Below are positions 51,973 through 62,522 of a DNA stretch of 64,000 bases, one piece after another. Location: contig CAWIAD010000002.1 in NCBI GenBank assembly GCA_963833985.1, positions 4,224,001-4,288,000 of the forward strand, in the 5' to 3' direction. Each line of letters opens with the position of its first letter. Position 1 is the stretch's first letter. Below the pieces are notes generated by a model, which saw only the letters and a list, made by a program, of their open reading frames with translations, searched no databases and had not been told where the DNA came from. A program made the translations under genes and the position numbers. Source of the DNA: an uncultured Planctomycetaceae bacterium (lineage in GTDB: Bacteria > Planctomycetota > Planctomycetia > Isosphaerales > Isosphaeraceae).

Positions 51973-52413
51973 TCAGCTTGCCGAGATGGAGTTGCTGATC
52001 GGATTGATGTCCGGCAGTGTCTGGATGCCGGAGCTCGTATCGTAGCCCTGATCGGTGTACACCACCGTGTACGCCCCGTAGCCGGCCGAGGCACCGGTGC
52101 GAGTCAGGGTCAGGGTCCAGGTGTTCTGCGTCGCGTTCACCGTTCCCACGCTGAAGTAAGCAGGAGTCGGATACTGGATGTCGAGCAACGAGATGTCACT
52201 GGAGTACTGACCGTACTGAGCGAGGTAGCGCTCCTGGGATGACCGGACGGCCGAGAGGTACGAGAAGGCTTCAGCGGCTTTCGACCGCTCGACCGACTTG
52301 AGGAAACGAGGCACGCCGAAGGCGGCCAGAACGCCGATGATGACGATCACGACCGCGAGTTCAACGAGGGTGAAGCCCTTGCGGGTCTTCGATCTGGACC
52401 AGAACCGATTCAT
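51973..52413 (-). CDS. Type IV pilin-like protein
   Basis: G|FTLVELAVVIVIIGVLAAFGVP class III signal; short PilE-like domain. Confidence 0.9.
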   Translation of the reverse strand: MNRFWSRSKTRKGFTLVELAVVIVIIGVLAAFGVPRFLKSVERSKAAEAFSYLSAVRSSQERYLAQYGQYSSDISLLDIQYPTPAYFSVGTVNATQNTWTLTLTRTGASAGYGAYTVVYTDQGYDTSSGIQTLPDINPISNSISAS

Positions 52414-52902
52414 GCGCGATGCTCCCGACAAGACGACATGTTGCGAATTCGCCGAACCGGCGCGAGACGGTGTTTCCTCGCTCTTTCAGAGGCTGTCCGG
52501 GTTGACCGCTCCTCCAGGGCCGCTCGTCATGAGCACCCCGTCCAGAGGTTATCTCGAAACATCCATTGATAAGTGTTCTCGAGGTGACGATCGCATCGAA
52601 CGCGTCTGCTCGTACACCCGGGTCAGAGAGGAATCTCCCCGACGTGACTGTGACTGCCTCCCGAAGAGTCCCGAAAAAACCGTGCCGCCTCCTGCCTTGC
52701 TAATCGGAGGCGTCGCCGCCCCGGCGTACGACTCGCCGGAGACAATAGAACTCTAGGACACATTCCCAGCACCCGGTGAAAACCATGATGCGAGCCCGCA
52801 ACCAATGGAGATTGATGACACCATAGGCAGGAACGGCAGCCCCGCTCGCAAGTCGGGGCCGCCCTGGTGAGGGGCTCATTCTGGCTCGTGCGAGCCGCAG
52901 AC

Positions 52903-54852
52903 TCAACGTTCTCCCAGCGCCACGCCCGGCTGCTTCTGCGCCAGAAGCCGCTCGAGCTGCCGTTCCACGTCTGACGCCGTACGCAGGTTGCGGTTGACCA
53001 CCTTCCCTTGCCCGTCGAGCAGAAACATCGTGGGCAGCGAGATGATGCCGTACTCGGTGGCCAGGCGACTGTCGATGCCGTTGGGCTCGAAGATTTGCGG
53101 CCAGCCCAGCGGCTGCTCTTTGAGGAAGGCGTCCACATCGGCGCACGTGTTGTCCAGGCTCACGCCGATCACCTCCAGCCCCTTCCCGCGGTACCTGGTG
53201 TGCAGCTTGGCCAGGTCCGGCAGCTCGCGACGGACCGACTGGCCGCCCCACGATGCCCAGAAGACCACCAGCACCGGCTTGCCGTGGAACTGCGCCGTGT
53301 CGACCGTCTCGCCCTGTATGCTCGTTCCCTTGATGGCGATCGGCTTCCCCACGAGGTCCAGCCTGCGCAGGGCGCCTGCGGCCTTCTTTCCCGAAGGGGT
53401 CTCGGCGAACGACTCCACCAGCTTGGCATAATCTTGCCTTGCCTTGTCCTCCTCGGCGTTGAACTCGTTGGAGCTGCCGAGCTGGAACCAGACCTCGGGT
53501 GCTTCTTCCGAATTCCCGAACCTGGTAAGGAAAGCCTCGAGCTCGCCCATCCATTTCTTCTGGTTCGCCAGGAAGTTCGCGCCTGGCTCCTCGTTGCGCA
53601 GCACAAAATCAGCGCCGATCAGCCGGTACGCGGCATAGGAGGAGGTCCGCGTCGCCTCTGCGGCCATGCTCTCCAGTACCTGCCGCGCCTTGGCGTAGAA
53701 ACCGGTCTGGTAGGCCGCCACCAGGCTGTCCACGATCTGCTTCTGGTAGTTCACCTTGTCCTCAGGGTCCCTCGCCGTCTTGACGATGGCACTGAGCAGG
53801 GGAATACGGCCCACATGGAAGCGCGCCAGGTCTTTCTTGTCGCCGCTGGACTGGAGCTGGGCGTTGGCGCTGTCGTAATCCGCCAGTGACTTGATGGTTT
53901 TCTCCAGGGCCTCGTCACGCTGGGGGCCGGGACCTGCCTGGTCGAAGAGCGCTGCGCGGATGCCGCTGGTCGAAGCGACAACCGGCTTCTCGGGATCGAC
54001 GGCCCTGGGCAGCTCCACGAACTTCCAGGTCTCGCCCAGCTTGATCATCTCGGGAACCTGGAGGAACGAGGTCCGCGCCGTCGCCGCACTGGCCTGTCCT
54101 GGCGGTCCACCGGCAAAGACCACCGCGTTCTCATAAAGGACCAGGTCCTTCCCGAGCCCGCTCGCGGGATCCGCCGCAATCAGGTGCGGGTAGGTGCCGT
54201 CGAACCGGTTCCAGATGGTCTTCGCGGTCCAGCCGCTGAGTGTTTTCTGGAGGGCCGCAACAGCCTCCCCACGCCGGTCGGCCGTGAGGGCCACCCGATC
54301 GATGACGCCCCTGGGCACGCCCGCCTCGGCCAGTTCATCCGGCGTGGCCATGACCGATTCAAGGAGGGCCAGATCGCTGGAGGAAAGGGCCTGCACCAGC
54401 ACCTTGGAGGCTTCCTCGGCCGAAAGCCGCTTCCAGTCGGCGATCTTGCCACCGCGCACCGTCGCGATCCGCGTACCGCCGCTGTTCAGCCAGCGACATT
54501 CGTCGAGCGCCCGGTCACCGTCCAGGTCGTTCTCGCGGTAGACCTCGAAGCCGTCCTGGTAGTAGCTCCACTGGTTCAAGAACTTGCCGCCGCTGGTGAT
54601 GATAAACCGGCGGAGCAGCTTTCCCTGACCGTCCCGCAGCGCGTAACCGATGGTTCGCTTCTGCGCGTCGGTCACCAGCTCTACCTTGCATACATCGAGC
54701 GCGGCCGATTCGGTCGGAGTATCATAATCAACCCCGAGCTGGGTCGGCCGGAACTTGAGCAGGTCTTTCGGAGAGTACTCCGCCGCCATGCTCCCTGGCG
54801 CGGCCACAACCATCAGTCCGAACACGGCCGCGGAAAAACGCAGGCTCCTCAT
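52903..54852 (-). CDS. Exported protein with C-terminal TlpA/thioredoxin-like domain lacking CxxC
   Basis: Signal peptide. GKPVLVVFWASWGGQS, GLEVIGVSLD, YGIISLPTMFLLD. Confidence 0.8.
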   Translation of the reverse strand: MRSLRFSAAVFGLMVVAAPGSMAAEYSPKDLLKFRPTQLGVDYDTPTESAALDVCKVELVTDAQKRTIGYALRDGQGKLLRRFIITSGGKFLNQWSYYQDGFEVYRENDLDGDRALDECRWLNSGGTRIATVRGGKIADWKRLSAEEASKVLVQALSSSDLALLESVMATPDELAEAGVPRGVIDRVALTADRRGEAVAALQKTLSGWTAKTIWNRFDGTYPHLIAADPASGLGKDLVLYENAVVFAGGPPGQASAATARTSFLQVPEMIKLGETWKFVELPRAVDPEKPVVASTSGIRAALFDQAGPGPQRDEALEKTIKSLADYDSANAQLQSSGDKKDLARFHVGRIPLLSAIVKTARDPEDKVNYQKQIVDSLVAAYQTGFYAKARQVLESMAAEATRTSSYAAYRLIGADFVLRNEEPGANFLANQKKWMGELEAFLTRFGNSEEAPEVWFQLGSSNEFNAEEDKARQDYAKLVESFAETPSGKKAAGALRRLDLVGKPIAIKGTSIQGETVDTAQFHGKPVLVVFWASWGGQSVRRELPDLAKLHTRYRGKGLEVIGVSLDNTCADVDAFLKEQPLGWPQIFEPNGIDSRLATEYGIISLPTMFLLDGQGKVVNRNLRTASDVERQLERLLAQKQPGVALGER

Positions 54853-55160
54853 GAACCTCTCCTTATTGACCAGCACCAGTCCCGCCCTTCCCGAGCGGTC
54901 GCAGAACACGCGCAATCCCTGCCGTCGCTGTAATCCTCATCGGCATTCCGTCGGGCGGGCTCAAGCCGTTTGGATCGGGGGTCCTTCACGGGCGCCAAGT
55001 TGACATCGAAACGCAGGGCAAGTCCAGACCGAGTCCTGGCATTGCATGCATGCTTTCAGGGAGAGGCGGGAACCGAGTTTTCTTCCAGTTCGTGGACGCG
55101 CGGGGCTGTCTGCCGCCAGTAGACTTCTGGAAAGCCGTTGACGGTGAGGGGGTTTTGCTC

Positions 55161-58100
55161 ATGTCCATGTCCAGAGAATCGGCTGGCCAGGCACTGCGAG
55201 AGATCCGGGCGCTGCATGCGCTGGGGACGGTCGGGGGATTGACCGATCCGCAGCTCGTGGAACGCTACCTGGGCAGCCAGGGCACGGACCGTGAGGACGC
55301 GTTCGCGGCCCTCGTGCAACGGCACGGCCCCATGGTTCTGAGCGTCTGCCGCCGGATGCTGGGGGGATCGGCCGATGTCGAAGACGTTTTCCAGGCCGTT
55401 TTCCTGGTTCTGGCCCGGAAGGCCGGCGCGGTCCGCAGGTTGGAGGGGCTGAAATCCTGGATCTATGGCGTCGCAGTCCGGACGGCCAGGGAGGCCAGGA
55501 GACAATCGGCCAGACGGCGGCAGCGGGAGGGTGGAGCGATGGACGAATCGAAAGCCGTCTCCACGCCGGGGGGAGGGCCGGACGACCTTCTCGAGATCCT
55601 CGACGAGGAGATCGACCGCCTGCCACGGCGGTATCGCGACGCCGTCTTGCTGTGTGAGCTGGATGGGATCCCGCGCCAGGACGCCGCCCGGCAGCTTGGC
55701 CTCGCCGAAGGCACCCTTTCCAGCCGCCTGGCCCGTGGCCGCTCGATACTGCGCAGCAGGCTCACCAGGCGCGGTGCCACGCTCGGTGCCGGGGGGATCG
55801 CCGCATTTCTGAGGGGATCAGCGAACGCAGCCATCCCCGAGCCGCTCGCCCGCTCCACGGTACAGCTCGCCTTGCAATTCGCGGCTGCCGGGACAATCCC
55901 GGCGGCGGCTTCCTCGCTCGCGGAAGGGGTGCTCGCCATGATGTTCGCAGCCAGGATGAAGCTTTTTCTCATCACCATGGCCAGCCTGGGGGGAGCAGCC
56001 TGCTTGACGGCCGGCCTCGCCTGGGCCGTGATGGCAAGGCCTGCGGTCGAACCGGCCAGGCCGCAGCCCATACCTGTCGCCCAGGCTCCGAAAGAGCATT
56101 CCGATAAGGAGAATCTGGAACCCGTTGCGCAGGTCCGGGGAGTGGTCGTGGACGAGACGGGCCGGCCGGTCGAAGGCGTGGAAGTTCGGGGCAATGCCTT
56201 CACCGCCAGGGAGTCTCAGCCCGCAGTGACAGCCGCGGATGGGTCGTTCACAATCGCAGTCCCGCCCCGGCATGTCGGCGGGCTCGTGCTGCTCGCCAGC
56301 CTGGCAGGAAATGATCGGCTGGGGTTCCATCAGATTGGCTATAACGAGGCAGGGGCAAAGGCTCAAGAGCCGGTACGGATCGTGCTCAGGCCGGGCCGGG
56401 AAGTCGCGGTCCGCGTCGCGGATTCGAGCCAGGCCGCGGTATCCGATGCGGCGGTTCAGATCGCCGGCAACTTCGCAATCCTTGATTCCCGCAAGACAGG
56501 GCCCGACGGCGCGGCCAGGCTGCACGTCCCGGCCGACGCCACGGTCGAATGGATCTACGCGCTCAAGTCCGGCAAAGGCTTTGACTACGCGGAATACGGC
56601 AAGTTCGATGAATATGGTCGATCACGGGGCGGTGCCTCGGCCCTCAGCCTGCCCGCATCAGTGAACCTCAGGCTCGACGGCGTTCGCAGGGCGCGGATCA
56701 AGGCCGTCGATGCCGCGGGCAAGCCCCTGGCCGGGGCCCGGTTCAGGGTCTGGCTGGTTCAGAAGCCAGGTCGCAAGAGCGAGGTCAATGTCTCGAGCCG
56801 TATCCTGGAAGAAATGTCCGGACAGGACGGCATCGCCACCTTCGACTGGCTGCCGCCGTCCAGGGACTTGCTCCAGTTCTGGCCTGTCGACGAGGGCTAC
56901 GCGCATCGCCGGGTCACCGTGGAAGAAGGGCAGACCGCTCCGGTCACCACCAGGCTGACCCGCACCGAAACGATCCGTGGCCGCGTGACTCTGCCCGACG
57001 GGTCCCCTGCCCCGGGAATCCAGGTCCGGGCTTACGGCAGTGGTAAAGGATCCGATAACGGCCAGGACCGCATTCGCACCGATGCCAGCGGCAGCTACAC
57101 GCTCACGGTCAACCCGGACGAGGCCTACGCCGTTTATGTCGACGACAAGGACTGGGCCGCACCGTCCCGCCTCGATGTGGATATCCGCGCGGGCAAGCCG
57201 GTCGCGGGAGTCGATTTCCGGCTCACCCGCGGAACGCTTTTGCATGGCAAGGTCACCGTCGGAGCAAACCGGCGGCCGGTTGCCGACCAGTACATTATTC
57301 TGGATGAGACAGCAGGAATTGCGCCCGAAGAGTTCCGCGAACCGGGCGATCATACCCACCGCGAGGTTCGTCGCCAGTTCGGTGCCACGACCGACGCTTC
57401 GGGGCGCTATTCCATACGCATCGGGCCCGGGGCGTACACGATCATGGGGCCGCCACGGACCGAGAATGAGAAGATCACCGTCAAGGATGAGGCCGAAATC
57501 ATCCGCGACTTCCAGATGCCGCGGCCGACAAAAGGCACCCTCACCGGCCGGGTTGTGCTGGCCGGGTCCAGGGACAAGGGAGTCGCTGATGCCGTGGTCG
57601 AGGTCGCGGCAGCAAACCGGCTTGCGATCCCATTCGCGGTGAAGGCCGATGCCCAGGGCCGGTTCCAGGCGGAGCGCAACCTCGATCCCCTGGTGATCTG
57701 CGCCAGGAGCCCCGATGGAACGCTGGGAGCGATGGTCGAGCTCGGAGCCGAGGATCCGACGGTCGAGATCGCTCTCTCTCCGACAGCCTCGGCCACGGGA
57801 GTGCTCCTCGACGAGCAGGGCAAGCCGGCCGCGAACCAGAAGCTGTACTGGGGCCGTCGTGTTTACCTTGACCAGGAACAGCGCATGTCCATGGTCTGCT
57901 TCGCCCCCAAGGTCGCCACCGACGAAAACGGCAAGTTCACGCTGCCGTCACTGGTGGTGGGCCAGGAGTACGAGATCGCCGTCCAAAGAGACAACATGTT
58001 CCCCGCGGCCGGCGCGGTGCGGCCAGAGAAGCCCGGCCCGATCGATCTGGGAACCTTGCGGATCGGTGCGTATTCCGGGAAGCCCCGGCCGACCGAGGAA

Positions 58101-58562
58101 GAGCTGTCTTCGTTCCGCAAGAACGCACCCGGGCCCGGCGCGGTCGCTCCGGAGATCAAAGCGATTCGGCTCGACGGCGAGTCATTGAGCCTCAGCGAGT
58201 TCCAGGGGAAGTATGTGCTCCTCGACTTCTGGGCAACGTGGTGCGGTCCCTGCCTCGGCGAGATCCCGAACCTTCAGGCCGTGTACCAGGCTTTTGGCCA
58301 CGACCCGCGATTTGTCCTGCTGAGCCTGAGCGTCGACGAGAAGATCGACGAGCCGCGGAAGTTCCAGGAGAAGCGCAAACTGCCGTGGCTCCAGGCTTTC
58401 CTGGGCGGAGGAGTGAGCAGTCCGATGACTGACGGGTTCGGCATCCGGGCGATCCCGGCCTTCGTGCTGGTCGGTCCCGATGGCAAGATCGTCGCCCGCG
58501 GCATGCGCGGCAAGGACATCGAGCAGAAGGTCGCGGAGGCACTCGCAAGGCGGATACCATGA
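55161..58562 (+). CDS. ECF sigma-70 factor with TM helix, carboxypeptidase-regulatory-like repeats and C-terminal TlpA (WCGPC) domain
   Basis: RHGPMVLSVCRR, EDVFQAVFLVL, LPRRYRDAVLLCEL, GTLSSRLARGR, a hydrophobic segment, and DFWATWCGPC. Confidence 0.9.
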   Translation: MSMSRESAGQALREIRALHALGTVGGLTDPQLVERYLGSQGTDREDAFAALVQRHGPMVLSVCRRMLGGSADVEDVFQAVFLVLARKAGAVRRLEGLKSWIYGVAVRTAREARRQSARRRQREGGAMDESKAVSTPGGGPDDLLEILDEEIDRLPRRYRDAVLLCELDGIPRQDAARQLGLAEGTLSSRLARGRSILRSRLTRRGATLGAGGIAAFLRGSANAAIPEPLARSTVQLALQFAAAGTIPAAASSLAEGVLAMMFAARMKLFLITMASLGGAACLTAGLAWAVMARPAVEPARPQPIPVAQAPKEHSDKENLEPVAQVRGVVVDETGRPVEGVEVRGNAFTARESQPAVTAADGSFTIAVPPRHVGGLVLLASLAGNDRLGFHQIGYNEAGAKAQEPVRIVLRPGREVAVRVADSSQAAVSDAAVQIAGNFAILDSRKTGPDGAARLHVPADATVEWIYALKSGKGFDYAEYGKFDEYGRSRGGASALSLPASVNLRLDGVRRARIKAVDAAGKPLAGARFRVWLVQKPGRKSEVNVSSRILEEMSGQDGIATFDWLPPSRDLLQFWPVDEGYAHRRVTVEEGQTAPVTTRLTRTETIRGRVTLPDGSPAPGIQVRAYGSGKGSDNGQDRIRTDASGSYTLTVNPDEAYAVYVDDKDWAAPSRLDVDIRAGKPVAGVDFRLTRGTLLHGKVTVGANRRPVADQYIILDETAGIAPEEFREPGDHTHREVRRQFGATTDASGRYSIRIGPGAYTIMGPPRTENEKITVKDEAEIIRDFQMPRPTKGTLTGRVVLAGSRDKGVADAVVEVAAANRLAIPFAVKADAQGRFQAERNLDPLVICARSPDGTLGAMVELGAEDPTVEIALSPTASATGVLLDEQGKPAANQKLYWGRRVYLDQEQRMSMVCFAPKVATDENGKFTLPSLVVGQEYEIAVQRDNMFPAAGAVRPEKPGPIDLGTLRIGAYSGKPRPTEEELSSFRKNAPGPGAVAPEIKAIRLDGESLSLSEFQGKYVLLDFWATWCGPCLGEIPNLQAVYQAFGHDPRFVLLSLSVDEKIDEPRKFQEKRKLPWLQAFLGGGVSSPMTDGFGIRAIPAFVLVGPDGKIVARGMRGKDIEQKVAEALARRIP

Positions 58563-58571
58563 TTGCTCGGA

Positions 58572-58687
58572 CACAAGATTCCAAAAGTGTCCATATCCAA
58601 CCAAAAACGAATGCACTACGATCCGATTGGAATCTTGTGAACCGAAAGAGTGATGTGGCTTGACATGCCGCGCAGACTCCGTACTGT
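58572..58687 (+). promoter_or_regulatory. Perfect 13-bp inverted repeat plus putative sigma70 promoter upstream of the sigma54 activator
   Basis: CACAAGATTCCAA (58572) / TTGGAATCTTGTG (58627). TTGACA (58660)-N16-TACTGT. Confidence 0.45.
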
Positions 58688-58810
58688 AATTGATCCTGAG
58701 AAAATGGACTTCTGGGAAGGGATCGACGCGCTTGGTCGAGCCGAATACTGCACCCAGTCATGGTGCGGCTCACGGCTTCGCCTACCCGCCTCAGCCTGGA
58801 TGAGGGCGCC

Positions 58811-60239
58811 ATGGATCGACGCATCCTCGTGGTGGATGATAGCGAGCTCATCGGCCAGCAGTTCTCCCAATTGCTCCGTGCACCCGATCGCGAGATCAGT
58901 GTCGCTCTCGACGGCACCACGGCCCTGGAATGGCTGGTCGAGCATCCGTACTCTCTTGTGCTGACCGATTTACGGCTGCCGGGCATCAGTGGTCTGGACC
59001 TGATCCGGGAGATCCGTAGCCGGGACCTGCCGGTGACGATCATCGTCATGACGGCTTACGCCACGGTGGAAGCCGCGGTCGACGCCATGAAGCTGGGCGC
59101 CTACGACTTCATCCAGAAACCCGTGGACACGACCCGGCTCGAGCTGCTGGTGAGCAAGGCGCTCGAGGACCGCAGGCTGTTGGATGAGGTTGCCGATCTG
59201 CGGAACCGGCTGCGGCGGCGCAACGCCTACCACAATCTTCTGGGCCGCAGCCGCCGGATGCTGGACGTCTTCGCGCGCGTGGAGCGGGTGGCCTCCTCCC
59301 GGTGCACCGTGCTCGTGACCGGAGAGACCGGTACGGGGAAGGAGCTGGTTGCTCAGGCGATCCATTACAGCGATGTCACCCGGAACGGCAAGCTCGAGAT
59401 CGTCAACTGTGCCGCACTTCCTGAGCACCTGATGGAGAGCGAACTGTTCGGTCACGAGCGCGGAGCCTTCACCGGCGCGGACCGGCAGAAGAAGGGACGG
59501 TTCGAGCTCGCCGACGGGGGGACCCTGTTCCTCGACGAGATCGGCGAGCTCCCCCTGGGCATGCAGGCCAAGCTCCTGCGCGTGCTTCAGGACCAGCATT
59601 TCGAGCGGGTCGGCGGAACCGAGCCGATCAGAGCGGATTGCCGGGTGGTCGCGGCCACCAACCTGAATCTTGCCCAGGCCGTTGCCGAGAACCGTTTCCG
59701 TGAAGACCTCTACTACCGGCTCAACGTCGTCTCGATTGACCTGCCTCCACTCCGCGAGCGGCTCGACGATGTGCCCTTGCTGGTGAACCACTTTCTGGAA
59801 AAGCTGACGGAACGCGGGCTGCCGGCCAAGTCGGTCGCCCGGGAGGCGCTCTCCCGTCTGATCCGTTACGACTGGCCCGGCAACGTGCGTGAGCCTCGAG
59901 CACATCATCGAGCAGATGGTCGTCACCACAGCGGGCCCGGTGATCGAGCCGGAGAACCTGCCCCCGCAGATCGTGCCGCTCCGCGAAGAGCCGTTCAGCC
60001 TCGATTTTGACCAGGGCCGGCCCCTTCAGCATCTCACCGACGAGTTCATCGGGCGGATCGAGCGTGCCTACCTTGTCCGCGTGCTGGAGAAATATCGCGG
60101 GCGAATCGACCGATCCGCCTTGCATTGCGGCCTGTCGCGCAGGAGCATCAGTGAGAAGCTTCGTCGCTATCAGATCGACAAGAGCGACTTCAAGCCTGCG
60201 CTGCGCGGCCGCAAGCGATTGGTTCTGGCCGCGGAATAG
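58811..60239 (+). CDS. NtrC-family sigma54-dependent response regulator (frameshift ~59894)
   Basis: Receiver domain (VVDD, DLRLP, KP), [39 protein letters not shown]. The HTH lies in ORF 59889-60239. Confidence 0.92.
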
Positions 60240-60256
60240 AAAGGGCCTCGGCCGCG

Positions 60257-61177
60257 ATGCCTGCCTTGATCGTCCAGATACCGAAAGTCCACTGGCCGCT
60301 CTTGTTTCTCGTTTTGCTCAACCCCCAGCCGGTGACACGGGCCGCTCAGACTCAGCCGCCAGTGCGGTCCCAGCCGCAGTCGCAGCCGCAACCCGCGGAC
60401 CTGGACACCCAGCTCATGCTGGCGACCGTCAAGATCACCGACAGTGACGCATCCGGGACGGCCTTCGTTCTCAGCCGCCCCAGACCGTCGGACCCGAAGT
60501 CCACCCAGTACTTGCTGGTGACCGCGGAACACACCTTGAGCCGCTCCAGGGGCAATGAGGTGACGGTCGTCTTCCGCAAGAGATCGGCCGATGGCGGCTA
60601 CGAGAAGGCACCCATCAAGGTCGCCGTGAGGCAGGATGGCAAGCTGCTCTGGAAAAAGCACCCGAGCGCCGATGTCGGCATCCTGCCCATCAATCCACCG
60701 CCCGAGGTTGTACTGCCCACCGTGCCGATTGATCTGCTCGCCTCCGACGAGGACCTGGAGCGCCACCAGGTTCATCCTGGCGATCCGGTTCGCTGCGTTG
60801 GCTTCCCGCACCCCAACCAGTTCGAGCCCAGCGAAGCCGGTTTCGGGGTCGTCCGGGCCGGGTGCATTGCCGGGTTTCCGCTGCTGCCGACGCAGAAGAC
60901 CCGGACGCTCCTGCTCGACCTGAACAGCTTCGAAGGAGACAGCGGAGCGCCCGTTTATCTCGTCAGCGACCACCGCCTCGTCGGCGGCAAATTCGAGCCG
61001 GGCCCGGTGCGATTGATCCTGGGGCTCATGGTCGGACAGCATTTCCTGGACGAGGAATTCAAGATGGTCTACCAGACCGGCAAGTTTCGCCACCGGCTGG
61101 GTTTTGCCATCGCCGTGCACGCCAGCGCCATCAAGGAAACCATCAACCTCCTGGATGGCAAGCCTGGACCGGGCTGA
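60257..61177 (+). CDS. Trypsin-like (S1) serine protease
   Basis: LVTAEH (His), HPSADV (Asp), GDSGAP (Ser). N-terminal signal-like segment. Confidence 0.8.
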   Translation: MPALIVQIPKVHWPLLFLVLLNPQPVTRAAQTQPPVRSQPQSQPQPADLDTQLMLATVKITDSDASGTAFVLSRPRPSDPKSTQYLLVTAEHTLSRSRGNEVTVVFRKRSADGGYEKAPIKVAVRQDGKLLWKKHPSADVGILPINPPPEVVLPTVPIDLLASDEDLERHQVHPGDPVRCVGFPHPNQFEPSEAGFGVVRAGCIAGFPLLPTQKTRTLLLDLNSFEGDSGAPVYLVSDHRLVGGKFEPGPVRLILGLMVGQHFLDEEFKMVYQTGKFRHRLGFAIAVHASAIKETINLLDGKPGPG

Positions 61178-61236
61178 CCCGGGGTCATGACGCCTGTCCG
61201 GAGCCACCAATCCATGGAACCTGGCGCCTGCCCGCA

Positions 61237-62285
61237 TTATCCCCGTCCGGCGAACCAGAACCAGGAAGCGACCGAACGCCAGAAGAACCAGGCCCCTGCC
61301 AGGATGACGAAGAAACCCGCCCCGAGGATGAACAGCGGCATGAGCGGCGTGAGCAGACCCAGCAGGATGCCAACACCCCAGACTGCCACCCACACCTTGG
61401 CGAGAAGGCCAATCAGGTCGGTCAACCGTAATCGCGCCACGGCCGCCCGGAACCTCTCGGCGGCAGCGGCCAGCTCATCGATCATCACCGGCCCGGACGG
61501 CGCGGCGTGCCGCCAGGCTCTCGGGCCGTCAGGTGGGCCGCCCAGCGACGACAGCTCGCGATGAGCCCGAACGATCAATTCATCTGCGCCGATCGGGTCC
61601 GCGGCGATCGTCCGCTCGGCCTCGGCCAGTGCTTGCTCGGCCGATTCGATCACGGCATGGTGCGGATCCGTGGGGAGCCGTACCCCGGTTCCCCGCGTGA
61701 TCCGGCTTTGAATCTCGGCAAGCTGGTTGCTGGCCGCCTTCAGGTGCTCGCGCCAGCTCATGCGACTGGTTCAACTGGTCGAGCCTGTGCTTGCACGAGC
61801 CCGTGCGCTGGACCAGCTCGTCGAGCTCCTCCGCCGCCTAAAAGCTTCTGAGCTTCTTCCGTGGACCTGGTGCCCAGACCGCTGCCGGCCCGGATGCTGC
61901 GCTGGGCTTGCTCCCAGATTTCCATGACCTTGAGCCAGCGCTCCCAGAGCCGGTCCAGATCATGACTGACCTCGTTGTACATGCTCAGAGTTCGACCGAC
62001 CATCGGTACCGTGAAGTCCGCGTCCTTCGCGGCCAGCGTCTTGTGCCGTTGCCGCAGACCGTCAAGCTGGTCCATCAAGGCCACCGCCTGCGTCCGGAAG
62101 TCTCGAAACTGGGACTCCACCGTTCCCTGGACCCGGCGTTTGCGATAAACCAGGAACCCCAGCGTTGCCAGCCCCAGCAATCCGCACAGCAGCATGGCCG
62201 CCATCGGCAGGCCCCGAAAGTCAGCCAGGCCAAGTAGCGCCAGGAGCGCGGGCACTTGAATCAGGCCGTTCTCAGTGTTTCTCAT
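61237..62285 (-). CDS. Hypothetical membrane protein (TM, coiled coil, two TMs), split by two probable frameshifts (~61830, ~61750)
   Basis: ORFs 61758-62393 and 61237-61761 join through the short frame ELDELVQRTGSCKHRLDQLNQSHEL. Confidence 0.55.
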
Positions 62286-62328
62286 CAGGGATCCCCGTAC
62301 AGAAGCCTGGGTGGCCGGCCATCGCCCT

Positions 62329-62344
62329 CGCAAGCGGCTTGCCA
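62329..62344 (-). promoter_or_regulatory. Putative sigma54 -24/-12 promoter
   Basis: Minus strand TGGCAAG-CCGC-TTGCG, ~44 nt upstream of ATG 62285. Confidence 0.55.
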
Positions 62345-62522
62345 ATCGTGAACCAAAGCAGGAAACGGCAGGCAATGACCGAAAACAACACACTGGAGCA
62401 GAGTGCGTGCTTGCTCTCCAGCGAAGACTTGTACTTCACGGGCAAAAAACGCAGAATGAGGAACGTAGGGTCCGGTGTCTCACCGTGCTGATCCGCGTGT
62501 GCGCCTTTTTCATGGAGTGCCC

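Noticed and set aside
52673..52688. Minus-strand CGGCACG-GTTT-TTTC as a sigma54 promoter for the pilin
   Set aside because: It lacks the invariant GC at -12.
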